Assembly: GCA_016782445.1 (NCBI GenBank)
Contig: JADHYM010000002.1
Coordinates: 583 to 64,582 of the forward strand
Direction: 5' to 3'
Source: Candidatus Omnitrophota bacterium
GTDB lineage: Bacteria > Omnitrophota > Gorgyraeia > JABMRN01 > RBG-13-46-9
Length of the DNA: 64,000 bases
The first letter of the stretch is position 1. Each line of letters begins with the position of its first letter. A program made the position numbers and the translations under genes. Positions 26,801 through 34,796 of this stretch are shown one piece after another. The notes below the pieces were generated by a model. That model had not been told where the DNA came from, ran no database searches, and saw only the letters and a list, made by a program, of their open reading frames with translations.

Positions 26801-29800
26801 ATTTTTGTAAGTCCGAAAGCCGCGAAGCTTGTGGCAAAACTTGTACGTTCAAGGCGCGATATAAGAAGCTCGGAAAAAGGGCACATCTGGCACCGAAAAG
26901 TGCAAAACCAGAGGGCGATCGATAAGTTGAGAAAATTTTTCCTGAAGATAGCTTTTGTGCGAATACTATTCAGGAGCTCATTTTTTATTCTTATACCAAA
27001 GACTGTTTTTGGCGGAATGTGCGGCGCGGCGCTTCTTTTTAATTTCACGCCGCTTACCTATCTTTGCCTTATGTTCCTGTGGTGGCTTATAAGCGTCATA
27101 AGTAACCAGTTTGTTATGCGTAACTGGACAGAGGTCGTAAGGGGAGCCATACAGACAAGCCATGAGGCCATAGAGGCGGGCTATTCGCGCCAGTTCGATG
27201 TAATAGTTAATTTTGGGACAGTTTTCGGGCAAATGTTGAACGCCGCCGGCATAATGCTTGGCATAGGTATTTTTACCATGGGCTGGCTGAACCCTATAAT
27301 ACCTATCATAATCGGCGCTTCAATTATTTCTATTACAGCCGGTTTTATTATCCCGGTTTTCGGGAAAAATTTTGATTTATTCTTGGAAATAAATAAATCT
27401 GATTTTATAAAAATGAAAGATGGGAGCTTCAGAATAAGCGATAACATATTGCTCAGGATTGAGCCTCCGGACAATGGCTTTAACAGAAAAGAAAAAAGAG
27501 CGGTAAAGCCCATTAAGCTGCGTCCGGGGAGAACATGGCTGCCATGGCTTGAAAAAATGCAAACAGAGCTTATTTACAGGGTTGAGCCAATGATAGAACA
27601 AAAAACAACCCATATTGTCATTAAAGGCGCGCCTCAAGACCCGGTAATACGCCTGCGAAAGGCGATAGGGCGGAGCAGTACCGCCAGAGATCTGGCTATA
27701 ACACCGCTGGGCGAAGATGGCGAAACTCAAAATTTGTGGTCAATAAAACTAAGTCCGCGAACAGAAACAAGTCGGCCAAAAGGTGCGTATGCCGGCGCGC
27801 TAAAAGGCCGGGTTTTACCGAATCTTAAAAAGTTGGATTTTGAAGAAGTCATAACCCTTCCCTGCGACAAAGTAAAACACCTTTTCTGGCTTTCAGAGGT
27901 TATGAACGAGGTTATACAAAAACAAGGACGCGCTTTGTGGTTCGAAGAAATCAAAAAAGACATACAGTATATTTTTGATAAGCATGAATCAAAGCGCCCG
28001 GAAGATATAAAGCGCTTGAAGGACACGTTTATTTACATGTTCGGGCTAGCTGCCAAAAGTCCACGGTTCCGCGCGCTATTTAAAAAAGCGTTAAGGAGCC
28101 CGCCACTTATAAAAAACAAAAAAGGCGAAGAAAAATCCTCAAACCTCGGCATAGACGGCATTACGTTTGCCGTATCCTCAAAACTTCCCATAAATTCCGC
28201 GCGTTATTTCCACAAAAAAACAAATAAAGCGATAATAGTATTCAACGAACAGTTTTTCGACATAGATAAGCTAATCGGCAACGACCCCATATCTATATAC
28301 ACCGGGCTCGAACGCGCCTCTTTACATGTGCGCGCCGAACGCCTGATGCATGAGTTAAGGCACGACAATATTATAGCCGGCAAGCGTGAGGAGGCTGAAG
28401 AGGAAGCGAGGATTTTAAATGAGCAGGATATTCCTTTTTCGGAAATTACAAAGGATATAGGCATGCAGTCGCAAATAGACAGATTACGCGCCCTGCCGGG
28501 CGTTAAGAAGGCCATGCAGCATTCGGGAGATGTTTTTCGGTCGATGCAGGAATGGCTTGAGTTTGAAGGAAAATCAAGAATTAGCGTTATCAGAAAATGG
28601 ATAAGCGGAAACATGCCGCAGATCCTGAGGGCAAAAGCTTTTCCGAACAACGAAAACGACATAAAGGGCCAAATTAAATTTCCCAGAAGCTATAGGATAA
28701 ATACAAAGATGATTTTTTATTACGCTCTCATATCAGTAGTTATTATACTCTGGGCAGCTATTTTAGTGCCCAATGGTGGAGTGAAATCATGGCATGCAAT
28801 CGGCCCCGCGCTTTATACGGTGTTTTTCGTGGCAATGCGCGCGATTCAGGAAAAGAGAATAAACAAGTACCTTCTGCCTGAAAGTGAAATCAAGGCCGAA
28901 GAAAAAAGCAAAAAAGACGAAAAACAGGAAGCCGACGAATACTTCAACGAAATACTGCGAATGTACGGGATGCAATTTTCCCGCGACCTTATACCAAAAA
29001 GAAAAAAACTAGTCGAACGCATTTTGACAGACATACTTTGGGAAAAGGAAAAAATAGGACAGTCAAGGGTAAGAAGCAATAAGGCAAAATACGTAATGGT
29101 CAATTGTATATTATCAAGCCCTGACCCTACAATTTTCCAGCCTGCTCTTGAAGCGATAATCGAGGTGTATATGCGTTACGGGTGGAGATTTTTCCGTCGG
29201 TTCTATCCGCTTCTGGAGGAATCCAAAAAATTACCTCATTTTGCGGAAGCCCTGACAGATCTTTTGATTAAGTCCGAATACGAAAAAATCGAACTCCTCT
29301 CGGACAGCGCCAGAGGAAAAAGCATACCGAACTTTTTCGACGCGGCATACGAACTTTTGTTTATAGGGGATAGCAGGCAGATAAAAAAATTCATGAAAAC
29401 AAGTTGTCGGAGGCTCGCAGAAATACTTAAAATCATGCGCGGAGCGCCACTGAAAGAAAAGCTGCAGACTATAAAAGATATTTTCAAGAATATATTTGAT
29501 AAACGGCGCATCGTAGACATGGAAAAGCATGAATTTCATCAATCCATAGAAGCCGTAATAAACAGGCTTGTGTCACAAACAAAAGATGATACATTTGGAG
29601 TCAAAATTCTTACGGAAGAATCCGCCGCGCTCAAAAAAGAAATAATAAGATATATCCTGAAAAGGGCGCGCCGACGCAAAGACGTGGCATTTTTAGCGGA
29701 CAGGCTGAGGGATGTCATGGGCTTTCATGTCGTGCCTGAGAACGAATTTGAATTATTCGCCGCGGAAGAAGTCGCGTGCGAAATTATCAGGTTGCAGCAT

Positions 29801-32359
29801 GAAAGGTCGGGCGAGCCCGATAAGAAAAAACAAGCAGTTAATATTGCCTTTACGGCCGGAGGAACAATGACCGGATTTATGAAAAGGCTGGCCGAGATCA
29901 AAGGCATTGACTGGAGCAGGGTTCACATATTTCAACTTGCCGAATACAAAGGCCTTACGCCGCTTGACGAAGATTCAATTACGCGGTTTTTACATGAAAA
30001 TCTCGCTTTGAAAGCACGGATCCCACTTTTAAATCTGCACTACCTAAGCGGCCAAGCGCCTGACCCATGGTACATGCAGGGGCTTATGATGCGGGGCGGG
30101 CCGGATATAACAATTCTGGGCGTAGGCGTTAACGGCCGCATAGGATTGAACGAACCGGGAACAGAAGGCACCCGTACTAGAGGCGGATTGATGGAAGTAA
30201 ACTTTAAGCAGGGCACGTTTTTTGTCCATGACAGGGGCATACACGGCGCATACACTATGAGCCTTAGAGAAATAATGAGGTCAAAGAAAATCTTCTTATT
30301 GGCAAGAGGCAGCCAAAAAGCCAAAGCGATCAAAAGAGCGCTTCTCGGAGAAAAAGACGTAAACAAAATTCCTGCCACCGTACTTCAGGAGCACCCCAAC
30401 TTGACGGTGGTGCTTGACGCAAAGGCCGGGTCCGGTTTCAGTGTCAGGCGCGCCATGCAAATAAAAGCAAAAATATCAGGGAAAAAATACGGAATTTTAC
30501 CACATAGATCCCCTTGCCACATCATAGATTCTTCCGGTAGGATCGTTGGAATCAGCGGGCCCGAGGCGCGCATGTTCGGCTATTCTCCGCGCGAAATGCT
30601 CGGCAGGCATATATGGGATTTTGTACCCGCGCGGGAAAAGACAAGGGTCCGTGAGGCGATCGGCGAAAAATTTAAAGAAAAAACAGAAAACTTACAGGGT
30701 TTTGAAAGAACATATATGACAAAGGAAGGAAGGGAAGTAACCGTTTACATAACAGATGAACAACATATTGACAGGGCGGGAAGGGTGGCCCAGATCTTTT
30801 CAAGGCTTAAAAAAATAAGCGAGGTAAAAATCCTTGAAGGGAAAATAAAAAATCTAACTCCGAGCAGCCCGGAAGCAGTGGAAGAGATAAGAAAATTCCT
30901 GATAGAACGCCGACCGGCAATAAAGGACTCTATCAAGCACTACAAAAGCACGTTTTCTTTAATAGCAGTAAGCGCCGGGGATGCGGAAGATGATGTCTAT
31001 AGCTTGTTGCAGAAAGCCCTTAAGCGTGCGGATGACATTGTCATAAAACTCGGGAACAATCAATTTTTAATCGCACTTCCGAAAATCTCCGCAAGCACGG
31101 TTAAAACCGTGATAGCAAGAAGGCTACTGAAATCCAAGCCGGAATTGCTTCTGGGCATAGCAAATCTTGCTAAAGGAGAAAATTTTTCTTCTTTGATAAA
31201 GAGAGCGCTTGACGATCTTGCTAAAAATAAGGGCCGTTCCGGTTTCTTTTTTGCGGGAGGCGTTATCGAGGTTATGCGCGCGGCGGCAAAAACCATAGTC
31301 AAAACGATAAAAAAAACATCAAAAAACACACAAAAACTTGTTCATGCCTATACGGTAGTATCAATACCCGACGAACTGCACCTTTCTATTACTGCCAATG
31401 ATAAAGGGTGGTTTTTACGCGGAAGCTACGAGTGGAAAAAATTTCTAAAAAGGAATCGACTCAGAAAAAGGCTATCTAATAATGAAGTCTTTGTCAGCGA
31501 AGTCCGCCTGGCAAGAAAAGATACAAGGTTGATCAAGGCCCTAAGGCCCATGCCTCCCAAAGAAGCAAAAAAGGAGCTTGCCAGCGACTATAATGAAGCG
31601 CGCATCAATATCCCTGAAAATGCCTACCCCTTATGGCGCACGGCTGAGGACATAGAAGAAAACGCCGAAGACGTGGTCAATCTTTTTGTGAACGCGCTTA
31701 TAAAGTGGACAAGCGGGAAAAAAGATGAAAAAGAAGAGCTCGCGCTTATACTCGACGCCCCGCCGGCCGAACGCGAAGAGCTCGAAGAGTTCGTGGAGGC
31801 ATTTAAGAATCATATTATAGATCCGCTTACCCGCGTAACAGACAACAATAGGGCAATTCATGCAATTCTTGAGAATCTTTCCATATACGGCATTGATGAT
31901 ACGGATAAGATAAAAGCGCGCATACGAGATGGCAGGCTCAATCCCGAACGCGTCGCTATCGTTACGAGCTTAGATAATCTGGCAAAGGTAAAAAACATAC
32001 CGGAATTCAAGGAATCTTTTATAACAGCGCTTGCGAAAAATAAAAATTTTGACTGGCAAACAAATTATTATCCCTACGTGGAAACGGCTTTTTTCGCCAT
32101 ATTAAGGGCGATATCGGTTCAGTATTCAGGCGATAAAAAAAGCTTTCAGGAATACAAAAAAATTCTCTGGAGGTGGTATAGGCACATACCAAATGTCAAG
32201 GCGCTTACGGAAGAGGAATTTATGCACTACTTTTTTGACAAACACGGTAACGTAAAAAAATCCGTAACCCTAATTATGCTTCCGAAAATGAAACGACTCG
32301 ACCCGGAGCGACTAAAAAAAATATACAAGAGGATAGAGGGTTTCATACGGAGCGCGTAA
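23843..32359 (+). CDS. Giant mosaic membrane protein 2 (2838 aa): B12-binding radical-SAM module, multi-pass TM blocks, NagB-like, PAS and degenerate GGDEF-like modules, and a shared C-terminal domain
   Basis: Uninterrupted 8.5-kb ORF starting 9 nt after the previous stop. B12-binding-like region ILLIQPV...GLLSIASFLRSKGHSVTILNLD...VLGGVHAS. Radical-SAM cluster motif C389-x3-C393-x2-C396 (ARGCPYNCAYCSG). Hydrophobic blocks at roughly aa 664-735, 940-1175 and 1623-1668. The NagB-like, PAS and GGDEF-like stretches are detailed in the findings. Confidence 0.85.
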   Translation: MDMSKEIYKSNFRMWIRVISCVLITAFLWQDVLWANPEAFQPKTHTLAQPTLATDANKVESFKRWTAFTMEKEIRKTLLRGQKPTLSTIEGLLPNIETAARNFGVSEPTIKGHHLDGAIKIEFEDGDGLLYYDPNISPGHAESNAWDHQRTPGKRIAEDKRVIDYDSEDKDYLRAQVIKNTNPASPINILLIQPVIPGSAHKDNILRQQLGLLSIASFLRSKGHSVTILNLDFKNEKTRYKAYLDKIKPDLVGITAITRLYQNACEIASSTKELIPEAKLVLGGVHASVFHGEILKESSFDAVIPYEGEEAFYDLAEEISRNPHDLSSVRGIYWRNAKGLIIENAPREHYIDLDELPFASDALDLVTGANFLKNNNTLPIMPVVTARGCPYNCAYCSGSQTVTKIRLRSAKNVVDELEKLYKTRKTRAFFFWDNTFTLNRKRAIEIADLIIERGLGINFYIQTRADRLDEELVRKLKKAGLRRISIGVESADPAVLREINKELDLEKVKEATETAKRHGVAIKHFYMVGVPGQDWQSVLKTAQFIVETKPDQIEVSFLLPFPGTKYFNDPRIKFSGIKKHDFASYVDIVLKSESEIENTKAVIDTDTMTHDEIKRARKLIIAAHANLNNPTELSAILREIETEAASKTDGANKLLWGVRCNKLKARIVTLAIAFLAGNAFAIVKREMLEDLGASPDFIEAAMPVIGVISLALGISLTLFLVWRIIIGFTVILKKSDIPGLIHKNDRKQDAKESRYSLYEYISLCRENKDNVMSIKMPPTLLKQVKDFLLEEEAEYPVYLLYHADESGNIACGTVTLRTDDGITEVIVEKEKGTRLRQLPEEFITDEILTRSPKNIIFQKRLVNAKRLAHLLPDHVNALQTPRGKSLTDKVAARLKINPGMFYKTKPDYIHYVENELKFKEREMLYFKALLSDRFFRIGDICWWFQHYLTNLIAGLVYASILTYAADLKVLSTFNFVTYLMTLTVIPIFVSPKAAKLVAKLVRSRRDIRSSEKGHIWHRKVQNQRAIDKLRKFFLKIAFVRILFRSSFFILIPKTVFGGMCGAALLFNFTPLTYLCLMFLWWLISVISNQFVMRNWTEVVRGAIQTSHEAIEAGYSRQFDVIVNFGTVFGQMLNAAGIMLGIGIFTMGWLNPIIPIIIGASIISITAGFIIPVFGKNFDLFLEINKSDFIKMKDGSFRISDNILLRIEPPDNGFNRKEKRAVKPIKLRPGRTWLPWLEKMQTELIYRVEPMIEQKTTHIVIKGAPQDPVIRLRKAIGRSSTARDLAITPLGEDGETQNLWSIKLSPRTETSRPKGAYAGALKGRVLPNLKKLDFEEVITLPCDKVKHLFWLSEVMNEVIQKQGRALWFEEIKKDIQYIFDKHESKRPEDIKRLKDTFIYMFGLAAKSPRFRALFKKALRSPPLIKNKKGEEKSSNLGIDGITFAVSSKLPINSARYFHKKTNKAIIVFNEQFFDIDKLIGNDPISIYTGLERASLHVRAERLMHELRHDNIIAGKREEAEEEARILNEQDIPFSEITKDIGMQSQIDRLRALPGVKKAMQHSGDVFRSMQEWLEFEGKSRISVIRKWISGNMPQILRAKAFPNNENDIKGQIKFPRSYRINTKMIFYYALISVVIILWAAILVPNGGVKSWHAIGPALYTVFFVAMRAIQEKRINKYLLPESEIKAEEKSKKDEKQEADEYFNEILRMYGMQFSRDLIPKRKKLVERILTDILWEKEKIGQSRVRSNKAKYVMVNCILSSPDPTIFQPALEAIIEVYMRYGWRFFRRFYPLLEESKKLPHFAEALTDLLIKSEYEKIELLSDSARGKSIPNFFDAAYELLFIGDSRQIKKFMKTSCRRLAEILKIMRGAPLKEKLQTIKDIFKNIFDKRRIVDMEKHEFHQSIEAVINRLVSQTKDDTFGVKILTEESAALKKEIIRYILKRARRRKDVAFLADRLRDVMGFHVVPENEFELFAAEEVACEIIRLQHERSGEPDKKKQAVNIAFTAGGTMTGFMKRLAEIKGIDWSRVHIFQLAEYKGLTPLDEDSITRFLHENLALKARIPLLNLHYLSGQAPDPWYMQGLMMRGGPDITILGVGVNGRIGLNEPGTEGTRTRGGLMEVNFKQGTFFVHDRGIHGAYTMSLREIMRSKKIFLLARGSQKAKAIKRALLGEKDVNKIPATVLQEHPNLTVVLDAKAGSGFSVRRAMQIKAKISGKKYGILPHRSPCHIIDSSGRIVGISGPEARMFGYSPREMLGRHIWDFVPAREKTRVREAIGEKFKEKTENLQGFERTYMTKEGREVTVYITDEQHIDRAGRVAQIFSRLKKISEVKILEGKIKNLTPSSPEAVEEIRKFLIERRPAIKDSIKHYKSTFSLIAVSAGDAEDDVYSLLQKALKRADDIVIKLGNNQFLIALPKISASTVKTVIARRLLKSKPELLLGIANLAKGENFSSLIKRALDDLAKNKGRSGFFFAGGVIEVMRAAAKTIVKTIKKTSKNTQKLVHAYTVVSIPDELHLSITANDKGWFLRGSYEWKKFLKRNRLRKRLSNNEVFVSEVRLARKDTRLIKALRPMPPKEAKKELASDYNEARINIPENAYPLWRTAEDIEENAEDVVNLFVNALIKWTSGKKDEKEELALILDAPPAEREELEEFVEAFKNHIIDPLTRVTDNNRAIHAILENLSIYGIDDTDKIKARIRDGRLNPERVAIVTSLDNLAKVKNIPEFKESFITALAKNKNFDWQTNYYPYVETAFFAILRAISVQYSGDKKSFQEYKKILWRWYRHIPNVKALTEEEFMHYFFDKHGNVKKSVTLIMLPKMKRLDPERLKKIYKRIEGFIRSA

Positions 32360-32370
32360 ATGAGCGCATA

Positions 32371-32400
32371 AGTTATGAAAACCAGATGGTTTTCATAACT
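32371..32400 (+). terminator. Perfect 13-bp stem-loop after the giant gene pair
   Basis: agttatgaaaacc-agat-ggttttcataact starts 12 nt after the stop codon. No U-tract follows. Confidence 0.5.
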
Positions 32401-32429
32401 ACGGACCTCATTGAAAGGAGGTGAAAGTA

Positions 32430-32603
32430 ATGGACAGAATAAGCAAGTTAAAGATGAAAGGCCTGGAGAGCGAGGATATATTCTCTATATACACCGAGTA
32501 TATCCGGCACTCCATAGTGGACGATCTTAAAAAGATCTACGGGGAGGAAACCGAGCTTATGGAAAGCACGGCACCCTGGGTTTACAGAGTCAGGAAGGGT
32601 TGA
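32430..32603 (+). CDS. Small acidic hypothetical protein (57 aa)
   Basis: AAGGAGG lies 8 nt upstream of the ATG at 32430. The product MDRISKLKMKGLESEDIFSIYTEYIRHSIVDDLKKIYGEETEL... has no family that I recognise. Confidence 0.45.
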   Translation: MDRISKLKMKGLESEDIFSIYTEYIRHSIVDDLKKIYGEETELMESTAPWVYRVRKG

Positions 32604-32628
32604 CAATATATACCATATATGGTATAAA
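32600..32628 (+). promoter_or_regulatory. Sigma70-like promoter of purB with an embedded 18-bp perfect palindrome
   Basis: TTGACA, 17 nt, TATAAA. The spacer and -10 region contain tataccatatatggtata (32609-32626), a perfect palindrome. Confidence 0.45.
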
Positions 32629-32656
32629 ATTATCTTCTAAAAGGTAGAAGTAGAAG

Positions 32657-33949
32657 ATGATACAGAGATATACTCTCCCTGAAATAGCCCGCGTGTGGTC
32701 CGAAGAGAATAAATTTGCCAAAATGCTCCGGATCGAGATATTGGCATGCGAGGCTCTCTCCAAGCTGAAAATTGTTCCCAAAGACGCCCTTTTTCAAATC
32801 AAGAAAAAGGCCCGTTTTGACATAGAGCGTATCAAGAAAATCGAGGAAAAGACAAATCACGATCTTATAAGCTTTGTAATGAACGTATCCGAATACGTAG
32901 GCGACGCGGCAAAATACATTCATTTCGGGCTTACATCAAGCGATGTTGTGGATACTGCTTTTTCCTGTCTCATGCAGGAGGCAGGAGGAATCCTCATAAA
33001 AAATGCTGAAAACCTGCTTAAAGCATTCCGTTTAAAAGCCAGAAAATATAAAAATACCATAATGATAGGCCGTTCGCACGGCATCCATGCCGAGCCGATA
33101 ACCTTTGGCCTGAAGATGGCTCTTTTTTATGAAGAAACCAAACGAGCGGTTGAACGCCTTAAAAGGGCGCGCGATGTAATTTCATACGGCAAGATTTCCG
33201 GATCCGTCGGCACCTACGCGAATATTGACCCTTCTGTAGAAGAATATGTTTGCGGAAAACTGGGCCTTAAACCCGCCAGAATATCATCCCAGATCCTGCA
33301 GCGGGACAGGCACGCCGAATTTATGACTCAAGTAGCGCTTGTCGGAACTTCCCTCGAAAAGTTCGCCACTGAATTTCGCGCCCTTCAGAGGACAGAGATA
33401 GGAGAAGCTGAAGAGTACTTTGCCCCTACGCAAAAAGGATCATCCAGCATGCCGCATAAAAAGAATCCGATCATGTTTGAGCGCATATGCGGGCTTACGA
33501 GAATATTGAGGGGAAATGCCGTTTCCGCCATGGAAAACGTGCCTCTTTGGCACGAGCGCGACATATCGCACTCTTCGGTTGAGCGAGTCATAGTGCCGGA
33601 TTCGACTATACTTTTGAATTATATGCTTGTTAAGATGGAGGGGCTTGTTAACAGGCTCGTAGTGAATGAAAAACGGATGAGCGAAAACATAGAAAAAACA
33701 AAAGGAATAGTATTTTCACAACATGTGCTGCTTGAACTTGTAAAAAAAGGACTCACGAGAATAACAGCTTACGATATAGTGCAGGAGGCCTCTTTGAACA
33801 TGCAGAAAGAAGACATACATTTTAAGGACGCCCTTAAGAAAAATAAAAAGATACGTGACGTGATGAATACGCGTGAAATCGAAGAGTGTTTTGATATCGG
33901 CTATCACACGAAGAATACCGACAGAATATTTAAGAAAGTGGGGATCTAA
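32657..33949 (+). CDS. purB: Adenylosuccinate lyase
   Basis: RYTLPEI..VWSEENKF start, GLTSSDVVDTA, and the fumarate-lyase signature GSSSMPHKKNP. Confidence 0.95.
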   Translation: MIQRYTLPEIARVWSEENKFAKMLRIEILACEALSKLKIVPKDALFQIKKKARFDIERIKKIEEKTNHDLISFVMNVSEYVGDAAKYIHFGLTSSDVVDTAFSCLMQEAGGILIKNAENLLKAFRLKARKYKNTIMIGRSHGIHAEPITFGLKMALFYEETKRAVERLKRARDVISYGKISGSVGTYANIDPSVEEYVCGKLGLKPARISSQILQRDRHAEFMTQVALVGTSLEKFATEFRALQRTEIGEAEEYFAPTQKGSSSMPHKKNPIMFERICGLTRILRGNAVSAMENVPLWHERDISHSSVERVIVPDSTILLNYMLVKMEGLVNRLVVNEKRMSENIEKTKGIVFSQHVLLELVKKGLTRITAYDIVQEASLNMQKEDIHFKDALKKNKKIRDVMNTREIEECFDIGYHTKNTDRIFKKVGI

Positions 33950-33995
33950 TAGTCGTTAGTCGATAGACGATAGAAAGGAATAAGGAAAGAAGATT

Positions 33996-34700
33996 ATGGA
34001 AAAAAGAAAACAAATATACGAAGGAAAAGCGAAAAAAGTTTACGAGACCGATGACCCGGATCTTTTTATCCAGGAATTTAAGGACGACGCGACAGCGTTT
34101 GACGCCAAAAAACGCGGCACCATACAGCAAAAAGGCGTCGTGAATAACAAGATATCAAACATACTTTTTAACATGCTCGAGTCAAAAGGTATTAAAACGC
34201 ATTTTGTCAAGCAGCTGGATGAGCGCAACATGCTCATAAAAAAAGTTGAGATTGTCCCGCTAGAAGTGACAATAAGGAATATAGTGGCCGGAGGCATGGC
34301 CAAGCTTCTCGCACTTGAGGAGGGGATAACGCTCGGGGAGCCTGTATTCGAGTATCATTACAAAAAAGATTCGCTCCACGACCCTTTGATTAACGATTAC
34401 CACGCGCGTGCCCTTAAGCTTGCCAACCAGGAAGAGCTTGAATTCATAGAAAAAACCTCTTTCATTATAAACGATCTTCTTAAGAGCTTTTTTGATAAAA
34501 AAGGCCTCATTCTCGTGGATTTTAAACTGGAATTCGGACGATATAAAGGCAAGATCCTTTTAGCGGATGAGATCTCTCCGGATACTTGCAGATTGTGGGA
34601 CAAAGAAACCCGCAAAAAGCTCGACAAGGACCGCTTCAGACGCGATTTGGGCGGCATTGAAGATGCCTACCAGGAAGTGCTACGAAGAGTAACAGGGTAG
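33996..34700 (+). CDS. purC: Phosphoribosylaminoimidazole-succinocarboxamide synthase
   Basis: YEGKAKKVYETDDP..., LEVTIRNIVAGG and LADEISPDTCRLWD motifs. Confidence 0.95.
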   Translation: MEKRKQIYEGKAKKVYETDDPDLFIQEFKDDATAFDAKKRGTIQQKGVVNNKISNILFNMLESKGIKTHFVKQLDERNMLIKKVEIVPLEVTIRNIVAGGMAKLLALEEGITLGEPVFEYHYKKDSLHDPLINDYHARALKLANQEELEFIEKTSFIINDLLKSFFDKKGLILVDFKLEFGRYKGKILLADEISPDTCRLWDKETRKKLDKDRFRRDLGGIEDAYQEVLRRVTG

Positions 34701-34796
34701 AAATTCACAGTTTTCAGTCTTCAGTTATCAGTTTTTAGAGTTTGAGAACTGAACGCCGATAACTGAAAACTGAATACTAATAACTGAAAACTAAAA
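34701..34796. repeat. Word-stutter inverted repeat (cagtt/aactg words) between purC and purM
   Basis: cacagttttcagtcttcagttatcagttttt is followed by gaactgaacgccgataactgaaaactgaatactaataactgaaaac. The same vocabulary recurs at 35799-35866. Confidence 0.75.
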
